DNA of 64,000 bases from an uncultured Desulfovibrionaceae bacterium (GCA_964651415.1 CAZYZA010000001.1:40274-104273), one strand, 5' to 3'; positions 25,797 through 35,296 are shown, counted from the stretch's first letter. Notes: generated from the letters alone by a model not told the origin. Numbers and translations: made by a program.

Positions 25797-26386
25797 AAGG
25801 GTTCCGGTCGCCGTACCCCACGCGGCAGTGGCCTGGCCGTGGTGTTATGATGTTTGTTCGGGAGTTGACGCCTTCCGGTCGGCGCAGCTTGTTACATGCT
25901 TGTGCCGAATTTCTCACAAGAGAAACTATGCCTTTGTTGCAAAGAAAACAACAGGCTTTCGGCTTTATCGAGATGAAAAAAAATAATTGAACATAGAATC
26001 AAATAGTTGTCCGTGATGAGTGTTTGTGATTGGCGTTTCTGAGCCAGTATCCCCCCCCGGATGGGAGAGCCTTTTCCCGGTGCAAATCGTGCCGGCTCAG
26101 GTGCACGATGCCGCGAGTAATCTAAACCAATGCGTTAAGAATCCGGGATGTGTGACCCTTGCGGTCTTCCCGTTTCGAGCGGTTATTTCAGCCAGTTGTT
26201 TCACCCTGATCCTCGGCCAAAAACTGCCTGCGGTCGGACGTGGAAGACAAGACTCGACCAGCCGCCCATTGCTGTTTCGTATCAAGGCCGGTATCAGAAA
26301 GCGGTCTTGGCTCTTGAAGTCTTTTTTTGCCTTCGCCTCCATGTCATCAAGAAACTGAACCGCTTAATTCCGGAAGTTGGTGCCCG

Positions 26387-27463
26387 ATGAATCATCTGTT
26401 CGCGTTTGCGCCTGGCCAAGGATTTTATGGCGTATGGCTTTTTTTGTGTGCGTTGTTGATCATCCAACCTGTTTCTGCCCACGGTCAGGAGACGGCCGTC
26501 AAACGCATCGGCTATCTGGAAGCGGGGCACTTCTGGCTCTTTGATCGCACCTACGAAGCCTTTCAACAAGCCATGGCCGGACAAAGCGCGGTGAGCGTAC
26601 AGTACCCATCGGATGCCCGTCATAGTCCGGGTTGGGATGCGGCCAACATGGAACGTCTGCCTGCTTCGGCCCATGAACTCATGGCCCGCGAAGACCTTGA
26701 TCTGGTCGTGGGCATGGGCACAGCCGCGGTCAAAGCACTGCTGGTTGCGAATAACGGACGCACCCCCATTCTCGGCATGGGTATGGCCGATCCTGTCGCG
26801 GCCGGTGTTGTCCGGGATATCACGGACTCCGGTGTGGACAATTTCACCTGTCAGGTTGTGGTCGACAGATGGACGACCATGTTTCGGGTCTTTTATGATG
26901 TGGTTCGGTTCAGGAAGCTCGGCATTTTGTATCAGAACAGCCCGGAAGGGCGTGTTTATGCGGCCCTGGATGATGTACATGCCGTTGCCTCGGAACTCGG
27001 TTTTTCTGTTGCGGCCTACGGAGGTCTTTCCACCGCGGAAACCGACGACGAATGTCGTCAGGGTTTGGCGCAGTTGCGCAAGGACGGCATGGACGCTTTT
27101 TTCATCGGGCCGCTCAATTGTTTTGACTGGGACAGCAACGACGTGGGGGCCTTGCTGCGCACCTTGAACGGTTGGAATATTCCGACCTTTGCCCGCGACG
27201 GGTCGGATTTTGTCAAAGCAGGAGCGATGATGGGCTTTTCGACCTGGAACTTCGGACCTACCGGAGAATTTCTGGCCAATCAGGCCGTAGCCATATTCTC
27301 CGGCAGCCAACCGCGCTCCCTGTCCATGGTGGATCGGGTTGAGCCGACCATCGCCGTGAATCTGGAAACGGCCGCCAGGATCGGGTTCCATTTTCCCTTT
27401 GACGTGCTGGTTATCGCCGACGAAATCTTTGAGAAAACAGTACGGCCCGTTCGGCAGGACTAG
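26387..27463 (+). CDS. Periplasmic ABC-type substrate-binding protein (ABC_sub_bind-like), orphan: no permease or ATPase nearby
   Basis: Start at ATG 26387 (MNHLFAF... signal peptide ...IIQPVSAHG). Blocks such as VGMGTAAVKAL, ADPVAAGVV, KLGILYQNSPEG and TIAVNLETAARIG fit the ABC_sub_bind pattern from memory. Confidence 0.75.
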   Translation: MNHLFAFAPGQGFYGVWLFLCALLIIQPVSAHGQETAVKRIGYLEAGHFWLFDRTYEAFQQAMAGQSAVSVQYPSDARHSPGWDAANMERLPASAHELMAREDLDLVVGMGTAAVKALLVANNGRTPILGMGMADPVAAGVVRDITDSGVDNFTCQVVVDRWTTMFRVFYDVVRFRKLGILYQNSPEGRVYAALDDVHAVASELGFSVAAYGGLSTAETDDECRQGLAQLRKDGMDAFFIGPLNCFDWDSNDVGALLRTLNGWNIPTFARDGSDFVKAGAMMGFSTWNFGPTGEFLANQAVAIFSGSQPRSLSMVDRVEPTIAVNLETAARIGFHFPFDVLVIADEIFEKTVRPVRQD

Positions 27464-27472
27464 AGGTAGTAT

Positions 27473-29863
27473 ATGGTCGGCGCGTCACTTTTCAGATTGC
27501 GGGCAGGCATCGGTGCGCTGTCGCTGACAGTGCTGGTGCTGACTCTGAGCTTCAATGCATTGCTGTCGGTGTCAACATTGGATCGTCTGGTCATCGAGTC
27601 CTTGCTTTCCGGATACCGTGGCGCGGCGGAACACTTGGCTTTGAATATTGAGCGAGGCCTGCGTTTCGGCAAGCCGCTCGAAAAATATGCCGGCATGATG
27701 GAAATGCTTTGGGAGTTGCAGGACGGCGTGTCCGGCATAGCCTGTGTGGAAATACTTGATGCGGAGGGCGGAATTCTTCATTCCACAGGAGGCAGTGCCG
27801 GGCAGTCTGACAGATCCCTTTCCGCCAATCGCCAAACCTTTGACCAGCGGGCCCTGGCGGCAGAAGACGATGAAGCGCAAACATTATTTCTGGCCACGGA
27901 TAACGCCTATCGGCTTGTCATTCCCCTCCGTCATCATGGCGTTGCCGGCGGCGTGGCCCTGGAAGTGGACGCGTCAGTGGTCGAGGCCGCCAGCGCCGGA
28001 TTTATCCGCTGGGCCACAACGCTGCTGGTCCTGGCTTGCGTTGTCACTGGAGGAGTGCTGGCGGCATGGATTGGACTGCTGACCAGTACACCGCAAGCCC
28101 GCTCTGGTCTGGCCCGTTCCCTGGGGATCCTGCTACTGATTCTCATCGGCGGCACGCAGCTGGCGTATTCCACAGCCATGCTTTCCCTGTTTGATTCTTT
28201 TCTGCAGAAAGCGGTCGTCGACAAGGCGCGCTTGGCGGCGCATTTCATCAAACGTGATTTCGAGTATCTTGTGCACAAAGGCGTCGATGTCCGCATTTTG
28301 CCCGGAGGCGACGCCCTGCTGGCCCAAATTGTCGATGCTCATCCTGAATTACGAGGGGCGTCGTTGGTCACATCGGACGGACAGGTGCTGACTGCCGTCG
28401 GGCATCCGGTGGCCCATGGTTATGTGGTCGAGACCTCTGTCGAAGCCTATTGGCCCAGCCGTTTTCGGCAGCGTGAAGAGGTGATGCGCATCCGTCTGCA
28501 TACGAACCCGGATCATATTTCCGCCAACGTGTTCAGACTGGGCGTCGATCTGGCGACATCACTGGTTATCTGTCTGCTTTTTCTGATGGAGTTGGCCAAA
28601 ATGCTGGTCATGTTGTCCGGTCGGATGCAGCGTTCCCTGATGACGGATGATCAGCAAGACCCATCGCCGCCGCTTTCATCGGCCAATGCCTTGCGCGCGG
28701 CCGGATTTTTCTTTTTTTTGGCTTATGACATGGGCATTTCCTTTATTCCTGTCCTGGCGCGTTCACTCCATGCCCCGCTGTGGGGTCTGCCGGAACAGGT
28801 GCTGACGGGTCTGCCCATTTCTGCGGAAATGATCTGCGCGGGCCTGGCGCTTCTGGGAGCCGGGGTGTTTTCAGAGCGATTCGGCTGGCGCGTGACCTTT
28901 GCTGTCGGTGTGCTGGCTGCCTGTCTTGGTCTTTTCATGGGCGGGGCATCGTCGTCGTTGCCGGAGCTCATCGTTGCTCGTGGAGTCTGCGGCATCGGCT
29001 TCGGCCTGGTGCTCATGGCGGCCCAGATTGGTTCACTGGAAGAGAAAAATGCCGGCTCTGGCCTGGCCGGAGTGTTTGCCGGCGTCTTTTCCGGAAGTAT
29101 CTGCGGAGCCGCCATCGGAGCCATGCTGGCCGATCGCATCGGCTTTGAGCTTGTTTTTTACGCGGCTGCGGTTCTGATGCCCGTTGCGTTGCCGACGTTG
29201 CTGCTCGGCGCGTCAGGTCGGAAGAGTAGTGAGGTTGAGACGTCACCTGTCGAGTCGGTCCACGCCGTCGGGGCTGTCTGGTCTTTTGTTCGTGATCCGC
29301 GCATGCATGTCCTGCTGGGAATGATCGGCCTTCCCGTCGCAATCTGCCTGACCGGCTATCTGCATTACATGCTGCCGCTTCTGCTGACCGAGGCCCAGGC
29401 TTCGCAGTCCGACATCGGCCGTGTCTTCATGCTTTACGGCCTGTGCTTCATTACGGTGGGACCTTTGCTTGGCCGGTATCTTGACCGTTCGGACAATAAG
29501 TATTTGTTCGCCATGCTGACCGGGCTTTTGTCCGGCTGTGCTCTTCTGATCGCGGCGGCGTCCTCTACCTTGGCTGTCGCCTCGCTGTCGGTGGTCGTTA
29601 TTGGCGTGGCCCAGTGTCTGGCCGCACCGTCGACAATGCTTTGCGTCATCAGCCTTGGTTCGGCCCAAAGACTCGGCAGGGAAAAGACGGCAAGCATTTA
29701 CCGTTCACTGGAACGTCTGGGTCAGGTCTGTGGTCCGATTCTTTTTGGGACGGCGTTGGTCCGGTTCAGTCCATCGCTGACGCTGACTGTGGCCGGGTTG
29801 GCAGTCTGTGCGCTTGCCCTGATGTATCTTGCTTTCCGGCGTATCAGCATCCAGCGTCGTTGA
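27473..29863 (+). CDS. Fusion protein: N-terminal double TM-bounded sensor-like region (~390 aa) plus a C-terminal 12-TM MFS transporter
   Basis: 796 aa. The N-terminal half has TM-loop-TM units. The C-terminal half has MFS signatures (GAGVFSERFGWRV between TM2 and TM3, and GPLLGRYLDRSDNK in the second half). RBS AGAGGT precedes the ATG. Confidence 0.7.
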   Translation: MVGASLFRLRAGIGALSLTVLVLTLSFNALLSVSTLDRLVIESLLSGYRGAAEHLALNIERGLRFGKPLEKYAGMMEMLWELQDGVSGIACVEILDAEGGILHSTGGSAGQSDRSLSANRQTFDQRALAAEDDEAQTLFLATDNAYRLVIPLRHHGVAGGVALEVDASVVEAASAGFIRWATTLLVLACVVTGGVLAAWIGLLTSTPQARSGLARSLGILLLILIGGTQLAYSTAMLSLFDSFLQKAVVDKARLAAHFIKRDFEYLVHKGVDVRILPGGDALLAQIVDAHPELRGASLVTSDGQVLTAVGHPVAHGYVVETSVEAYWPSRFRQREEVMRIRLHTNPDHISANVFRLGVDLATSLVICLLFLMELAKMLVMLSGRMQRSLMTDDQQDPSPPLSSANALRAAGFFFFLAYDMGISFIPVLARSLHAPLWGLPEQVLTGLPISAEMICAGLALLGAGVFSERFGWRVTFAVGVLAACLGLFMGGASSSLPELIVARGVCGIGFGLVLMAAQIGSLEEKNAGSGLAGVFAGVFSGSICGAAIGAMLADRIGFELVFYAAAVLMPVALPTLLLGASGRKSSEVETSPVESVHAVGAVWSFVRDPRMHVLLGMIGLPVAICLTGYLHYMLPLLLTEAQASQSDIGRVFMLYGLCFITVGPLLGRYLDRSDNKYLFAMLTGLLSGCALLIAAASSTLAVASLSVVVIGVAQCLAAPSTMLCVISLGSAQRLGREKTASIYRSLERLGQVCGPILFGTALVRFSPSLTLTVAGLAVCALALMYLAFRRISIQRR

Positions 29864-30713
29864 TCAGGGCTCTCATGCGTTGCGTCCGGCTGTCGTCCAT
29901 GCCTGCGGGCAAATACGAGGCGAGCAGTTCAAGATAGTCGGCGGTATCGACCAACCTGCCGCCGTTCGCGAGGAAACGGCTGAACTCGACTTCCGTCGGG
30001 TACGAGAAATAGCGTCGTTGTGACTCATCCTGGATCGTTGCCGCCAGGCGCTCGCCCTTTTCGATGATCGGTAGGTACTTTCTGAAGGTTTCGATGCCGG
30101 CCAGGTACGTCTGCACGAAGTTCCACAGTACGGAGCGGGAGTAATTGATGTCGTGCCACCCGATGTCCACCACCGGACCGCTATCGATCCCTTCTTCGAG
30201 GTGAAAGAGCGTACAGCCGGAACGCTGATGCTGCAGCTGCATTGCGCGGAATGGCCCGCACAGTCCCCGGATCTGGGGCAACATGCCCGGATGCAGACCG
30301 TATGCTCCCAACGGGGGCACGCGGATGATTTCCAGTGGCAGGATGTAGTCGTAACGACAGGAAAGGATCAGATCCGGGGCAAGACCTCGCATCTTTTCGA
30401 TGGCGTCTGAATCTCCGGCCCGCCCCCAGAGCTGAACGGAGATCTTGCGGGTGGCGGCAAGACCTGCAATGGTCTGGCATGCCTGTGGGCAACCTGCGGG
30501 AAATTCCTGGTCCAGCCATGGGAAAAGAAGTTTTTGAGGTATGTCACGTTCGAATTCGAGCAGGCAGCCGGCCAGGGGATTTTCCCGTTCGGCTTTGAGC
30601 ACGTAGTCGGACAGGATGACCTGAATCTGATGACGCGGGGCCAGGATGGCCACAAGCCTGTTCAGGGCCAGATTCCCGGCCAGATCATGTTTGGAGCAGA
30701 TGACGATTTTCAA
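29844..30713 (-). CDS. Formyltransferase-fold protein (Fmt/PurN N-terminal-domain-like)
   Basis: 289 aa. ...DLILSCRYDYILP...GAYGLHPGMLPQIRG... resembles the formyl_trans_N HxSLLPxxRG block. The C-terminal half is unassigned. The 3' end overlaps the convergent MFS gene by 20 bp. Confidence 0.5.
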   Translation of the reverse strand: MKIVICSKHDLAGNLALNRLVAILAPRHQIQVILSDYVLKAERENPLAGCLLEFERDIPQKLLFPWLDQEFPAGCPQACQTIAGLAATRKISVQLWGRAGDSDAIEKMRGLAPDLILSCRYDYILPLEIIRVPPLGAYGLHPGMLPQIRGLCGPFRAMQLQHQRSGCTLFHLEEGIDSGPVVDIGWHDINYSRSVLWNFVQTYLAGIETFRKYLPIIEKGERLAATIQDESQRRYFSYPTEVEFSRFLANGGRLVDTADYLELLASYLPAGMDDSRTQRMRALINDAGC

Positions 30714-30912
30714 GAAAAATCCAATGGTTGGAGTGAAAACTTGCGAATTTCCCTTGTAGCGACAGGCGTTCCTCTAGCACAGCATGTGACGGTTTGCCAG
30801 GAGCGAGTGCTCTGCAGGGGAGGATGGAGCGTATGGAACGGAAAAAACCGCTACGGCATGGGGTTTGAGCACCGCCGAGCGATCTGTGCATTGTAACGAA
30901 CCGGGTGAGGAT

Positions 30913-31248
30913 ATGTCAGAATTTGAAAGGTGCTTATTGGAGACGGAAACGCTTATCAAAAATCCGATGATCGCCAAGGAACAGGTCCGGGCCCACGCCA
31001 GGTCTTTGCCGTGGATGCGGGCCAACAGCCAAGAACTGCAGGCCGCAGGCTGGAGCGTGGATGAGTTGTACCGTATCGGAACGTTGTGTTTTCCCTATTC
31101 CGAATGGGGGCCGGGGTGGTTTAGCCTGTGGAACAACGAAAAATGCGAGCCCCGGATCTCCGACCGGGGCAATATTGAGTTTGTGCTGCACGAAGCCGGT
31201 GGCGACGTGGTGCAGACCTGCTGGCTGAAAAAGAGTTTTCTGGCCTGA
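30913..31248 (+). CDS. Hypothetical protein
   Basis: ATG at 30913 is preceded by GTGAGGA (the ORF-track ORF starts at 30865). I recognise no motif. Confidence 0.4.
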   Translation: MSEFERCLLETETLIKNPMIAKEQVRAHARSLPWMRANSQELQAAGWSVDELYRIGTLCFPYSEWGPGWFSLWNNEKCEPRISDRGNIEFVLHEAGGDVVQTCWLKKSFLA

Positions 31249-32325
31249 TTATTCCGGGGGCACGGTTTGGGCCGGAGCAGCGTCCGGCACCCCCGGAGCC
31301 TGCTGGCTTCTTTCTTCCAGGGCAACGGCAGTTCTGACCAGAAGGTCACCGGCCTTGCCCACGATTTCAAGCGTTTTGTCATTTTCCTGGCCGCGTCGAT
31401 ACACCCATTGCGCAAGATAAATCAGCTCCGATGCGTCCAGGCCCTGAGGGTCGGCCAGGGTGGCGATGGTTTGGAGCAGACGCTGACGAGACATTTCCCG
31501 GCTCTGGATTGCGGCCTTGATCCTGGCGCTGCCTTCACTGAGCGCCGCGGGCGAGGCTTCCTCGGTCTGCAGATTCCAGAAAGCCAGATGCGCTTCTGTC
31601 ACCTTATCCATTTCTTCCAAGTACTTCGTGACCAACGGACGCATGCTGTCGGTTCTGGCCAGGATGGCGACTATTTGCCCCACTGCGCGCAGCTTTTTCG
31701 CCAGCATGGTCATCATTTCCCGCCTTTGCGCGGGGGTGATGGGAACAGTCCGCCCATCGGGCAGGGTGAACGCGGCTGATTGCAGGGATTGATCCAGGCT
31801 GTTCAAAAACAAGGGCATGTAGGCGGCGTGGAGAAAATCAAGCACTGGTCCTTGCAGTACGTGGGCGAAAATGAGCTTGCGGGACTGGAGCGTTTCCACC
31901 GGATCGACGGCCAGGCCGAAAAAATCAACGCCGTAGCGCATATTGAGGGCTTTGACGTTGAGGTCCAGGCGGCTGGGTCCGGTGGGATTGTTTTGCGTTC
32001 CGGATGGAAGATAAAGATCCACGAAATACGTGGCCGTATCGTCCACGAATTCATGGCGGACAATCTCGTCGCTGGGGATGAGAGCCAGGGTGGCGTTGTC
32101 CAGCAGGCTGGCGTTCTGATCCATGTCTGCCGTGTCGTTGGTGGCGTTCAGATCTTCCGGCACGGTGAGATTGCCTTCGGTTCCCGGTTGGGTCGAAGCC
32201 ACTTGCCAGCGTTGCGGAGCCACTTCCCTGGGTTCGGGTTGGGGGGGAACATGATCCCGGCTCTGATAAAACCAGTAGCCTCCGGCCACGGCAAGTAAAA
32301 CGGCAAGAATGAGGACTCGCTTCAT
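31249..32325 (-). CDS. Hypothetical membrane-anchored/secreted protein
   Basis: 358 aa with an N-terminal hydrophobic anchor MKRVLILAVLLAVAGGYWF. The ATG overlaps the pfk stop (ATGA). No family recognised. Confidence 0.6.
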   Translation of the reverse strand: MKRVLILAVLLAVAGGYWFYQSRDHVPPQPEPREVAPQRWQVASTQPGTEGNLTVPEDLNATNDTADMDQNASLLDNATLALIPSDEIVRHEFVDDTATYFVDLYLPSGTQNNPTGPSRLDLNVKALNMRYGVDFFGLAVDPVETLQSRKLIFAHVLQGPVLDFLHAAYMPLFLNSLDQSLQSAAFTLPDGRTVPITPAQRREMMTMLAKKLRAVGQIVAILARTDSMRPLVTKYLEEMDKVTEAHLAFWNLQTEEASPAALSEGSARIKAAIQSREMSRQRLLQTIATLADPQGLDASELIYLAQWVYRRGQENDKTLEIVGKAGDLLVRTAVALEERSQQAPGVPDAAPAQTVPPE

Positions 32326-33647
32326 TTGGTTTCAGCCTGCGTTGCGCATGAAAACATTTCTTGGGGTTGTCCGGTGGATTCCATGACCGAGCGCCAGTAA
32401 TTGGACTGCACGTTCAACTTGCGGCGCTTGGCGGTGACAATATGCAGGGGCAGATAGAGGTAGCGGTCCTGCAGCTTGGAGACCACCATGCCGGTCTTGC
32501 CGGCCATGGCGGCGTGCACGGCGTGCTGTCCGAGGAAGCCGCAGTAGATGCGGTCGTTGGAATTGGCCGGAATGGAACGGATGATGTAACTGGGGTCGAT
32601 GTATTTGAGCGTGTAGGGAAAATCGATCTCTGCGAAGTATTTTTTGATCTCCGCCCGCAGCACGTCGCAAATGTCACCCAGAATGGGATTTCCCGACAGA
32701 TCATGCTGATTGTCCACGCGGCACAGATCCTGCCCCGCACCCTCGGCGACGACAATCACCGCGTGCTGTCTTTTGGCCAGACGTTCCTTGAGTTTGGTCA
32801 GAAATCCGCCTGGACCGTGCAGTTCAAAATTGGCTTCGGGCACCAGAACAAAATTGACTTCTTTCAAGGCCAGGCTGGCCTGGGCCGCGATAAACCCTGA
32901 TTCCCGGCCCATGAGTTTGACCATGCCGATGCCGCCCGGAGCGCCGAGGGCTTCGACATGGGCGCAGCGGATGGCTTCTGTGGCCTTTTCAACGGCGGTG
33001 TCAAAACCAAAGGAGCGAGGCACGAAATTGATATCGTTGTCGATGGTTTTCGGCACGCCGACCACGGCGATCTTCAACCCCCGTCGCAACACTTCCTGCG
33101 TCACCGCGTTGGCGGCTTTCATGGTCCCGTCTCCGCCGATCATGAACAGGATGGAGATGTTCATGCGTTCCAGGGCGTCGACGATTTCCTCCGGCGGTTG
33201 CGGACCGCGTGACGAGGACAGGACAGTGCCGCCGAACTCATGGATGTCGGCGACGGTGTCCGGGGTCAGCTCCATGACATCGTGCTTGAACTTGGGGATG
33301 AAGCCCTGCAGCCCGTAACGGATGCCGAACGTGCCGGAAACGCGGTAATTATGGTGGGCGCTCATGACGATGGCCCTGATGACGTCGTTGATTCCGGGGC
33401 ACAGTCCGCCACAGGTCACGATGGCGCATTTGGTCTTGGGCGGGTCGAAATATATGTGCTTGCGCGGTCCGGCTTCCTCGAATTCCCGGACCACGTTGGC
33501 CATGCCCGGATCTTCCGTGAGTTCCGCCGGCAGGTACAGGGGCATTTTGTCGGAGTCGTCAACATAGTGGCAGTAGGGCAGTGGATTGTCGACTTTGCAA
33601 GGACCCAGGGTGAGGATGGAGGTGTCGAAGGCCGGTCGATTTTCCAT
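32322..33647 (-). CDS. pfkA: ATP-dependent 6-phosphofructokinase
   Basis: GGLCPGINDVIRAIV, IGGDGTMKAANA (GGDG = ATP type) and VGVPKTIDNDI. ATG at 33647 is preceded by AAGGAGA. The ORF-track start is at 33725. Confidence 0.88.
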   Translation of the reverse strand: MENRPAFDTSILTLGPCKVDNPLPYCHYVDDSDKMPLYLPAELTEDPGMANVVREFEEAGPRKHIYFDPPKTKCAIVTCGGLCPGINDVIRAIVMSAHHNYRVSGTFGIRYGLQGFIPKFKHDVMELTPDTVADIHEFGGTVLSSSRGPQPPEEIVDALERMNISILFMIGGDGTMKAANAVTQEVLRRGLKIAVVGVPKTIDNDINFVPRSFGFDTAVEKATEAIRCAHVEALGAPGGIGMVKLMGRESGFIAAQASLALKEVNFVLVPEANFELHGPGGFLTKLKERLAKRQHAVIVVAEGAGQDLCRVDNQHDLSGNPILGDICDVLRAEIKKYFAEIDFPYTLKYIDPSYIIRSIPANSNDRIYCGFLGQHAVHAAMAGKTGMVVSKLQDRYLYLPLHIVTAKRRKLNVQSNYWRSVMESTGQPQEMFSCATQAETK

Positions 33648-33770
33648 GATGTCTCCTTGAAAATTGAGGCGTGAAAGGGCCTGAAAAAACGAATGCTCCT
33701 TGTCCGGTAAGCCAGGGAGGCTCAAAAAACAAGAAGCACGGGCCTTAATTCGGGAAAAATGTCGGGTGCG

Positions 33771-34664
33771 TTATGAGCCCAGGATGTCGGCCAGCGCCGT
33801 ATCCAGGGCCGGATACGAAAAGGTGAATCCCGCTTCCAGCAGCCTGGCTGGAACGCAGCGCTGACCTTCCAGGAGCATGGAGGCCATTTCTCCCATGATC
33901 AGGCGCAGGGCCGGGGCCGGCACCGGAAAAAAGGCCGGTCGTTTCAGGGTTTGCGCCAGGGTGCGGGTAAAGTCCGTGTTGGTCGTCGGGTTGGGGGAGC
34001 AGGCATTGAACGCTCCGCTGAGCGCGGGGTTTTCCAGCAGAAAACCCATCATCCGGACCAGGTCCGTGACATGGACCCACGAGAACCACTGCCCGCCGGA
34101 TCCGAGCCGGCCGCCCAGACCCAGGGAAAAAGGCAGCTTCATTTTGGCCAGGGCTCCGCCATCGCCGAGCACCACGGCAATGCGCGGAATGACCACGCGG
34201 TGTCCGTATGTTTCGGCCCGCAGGGCCTCTTCCTGCCAGGCTGCAGCCACGTCGCCCAGAAAGCCCTGACCGCGTGGGGCGTCTTCGGTCAGGATCAGGT
34301 CGCCGCCGTCGCCGTAATAGCCGACGGCCCCGGCGCAGAGCAGGGTTTTGCCCGTGGTATCGGCCAGGGCGTCGACGATGTTGCGGGTGCTCAGAATCCG
34401 GGATTCGCGGATGCTTTTCTTGCCGGCCTCGTTCCAGCGGGTGGTGATGGGGGTGCCGGCCAGGTTGACAACCGCGTCGTAGTCTTTGAGCCGCTTCTGC
34501 CACGGCCCGGGAACGGTGGGATCGGCCTGGATGACTTCAACATCACGGCCGAAACGGGCCTTCCCGGAGCGGGCCGCGACAGTAACCCCATGTCCCTGTT
34601 CGAGCAGATGGGGCACCAGATGCCTGCCGACAAAACCAGTTACGCCGAAAGCCAGAATCTTCAT
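33771..34664 (-). CDS. NAD-dependent epimerase/dehydratase family protein with C-terminal DUF1731 (YfcH-like)
   Basis: MKILAFGVTGFVGRHLVPHLL Rossmann motif; ...NLAGTPITTRWNEAGKKSIRESRI...; 297 aa. Confidence 0.78.
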   Translation of the reverse strand: MKILAFGVTGFVGRHLVPHLLEQGHGVTVAARSGKARFGRDVEVIQADPTVPGPWQKRLKDYDAVVNLAGTPITTRWNEAGKKSIRESRILSTRNIVDALADTTGKTLLCAGAVGYYGDGGDLILTEDAPRGQGFLGDVAAAWQEEALRAETYGHRVVIPRIAVVLGDGGALAKMKLPFSLGLGGRLGSGGQWFSWVHVTDLVRMMGFLLENPALSGAFNACSPNPTTNTDFTRTLAQTLKRPAFFPVPAPALRLIMGEMASMLLEGQRCVPARLLEAGFTFSYPALDTALADILGS

Positions 34665-34689
34665 GGTCGCCTCCCCGGGCCGGACTGCC

Positions 34690-35295
34690 TCAGAGTCCGA
34701 AATGTTTCTGGATATAGCCGGTCATCACGGTCTGGGCCTGTTCCTGACATTCGCCGCAACCGGTGCCGATCTTGGTCATGTCCTGCAGTTCGGAAAAACT
34801 CCTGGCTCCGTCCAGCACCGCGTGTTCAATGTCCTCGTCCGTGACCTGCATGCATTCGCAGACGATTTTGGCCCCCTGGGTGGTGATGCGGTCTTCCAGA
34901 CCATTCTTGCGATAATAGTCGTCAATGGCCGCGCGCAAGGCCTTGTCCCCCAGGACCGAGCAGTGCACCTTGTTGTCCGGCAGGCCGTCGAGTTCGTTCA
35001 AAATGTCTTTGGCCTTGATGGCGTAAGCCTGGTCCAGGGTCATGCCCTTGACCATCTCCGAGAGCATGGAGGTACTGGCGATGGCGCTGGCGCAGCCGTA
35101 CGTCCGCCATTTGCAGTCCGTGATGGTCAGGTCGGCCGGATCAACCTTGATGTAGACGATCATTTCGTCGCCGCATTTGATGTTGCCGGTGTGACCGATA
35201 CCGTGAAAATCCGCTTCGTTGTCCTCGCGCAGGATGTTGCGCGGATTCATGAAATGGTCCTTGACCTTGTCCGAGTATGTCCATTTGCCGGCCAT
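34690..35295 (-). CDS. nifU: NifU-type Fe-S scaffold (IscU-like domain plus BFD-like [2Fe-2S] domain, no C-terminal Nfu domain)
   Basis: MAGKWTYSDKVKDHFMNPRN...GNIKCGDEM...YGCASAIASTS...VHCSVLG...CECMQVTDEDIE...GTGCGEC. ATG at 35295 sits just after the nifS stop. The longer ORF-track ORF (to 35571) is an upstream extension. Confidence 0.88.
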   Translation of the reverse strand: MAGKWTYSDKVKDHFMNPRNILREDNEADFHGIGHTGNIKCGDEMIVYIKVDPADLTITDCKWRTYGCASAIASTSMLSEMVKGMTLDQAYAIKAKDILNELDGLPDNKVHCSVLGDKALRAAIDDYYRKNGLEDRITTQGAKIVCECMQVTDEDIEHAVLDGARSFSELQDMTKIGTGCGECQEQAQTVMTGYIQKHFGL

Positions 35296-35296
35296 G

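Noticed and set aside
26294-27391. 365-aa minus-strand ORF opposite the substrate-binding protein gene. Also the 477-aa ORF at 47476-48909 opposite the MCP.
   Set aside because: The plus-strand proteins have signal peptides and family-typical blocks. The antisense products are Arg/Gly/His-rich.
30729-30744. Sigma54-like TGGAGT-N6-TTGC upstream of the hypothetical gene at 30913.
   Set aside because: The GG-to-GC spacing is one nucleotide too long, and sigma54 promoters tolerate essentially no spacing change. Similar off-by-one or off-by-two near-matches at ~26040-26056, 26085-26100 (minus strand) and 60985-61000 were rejected for the same reason.
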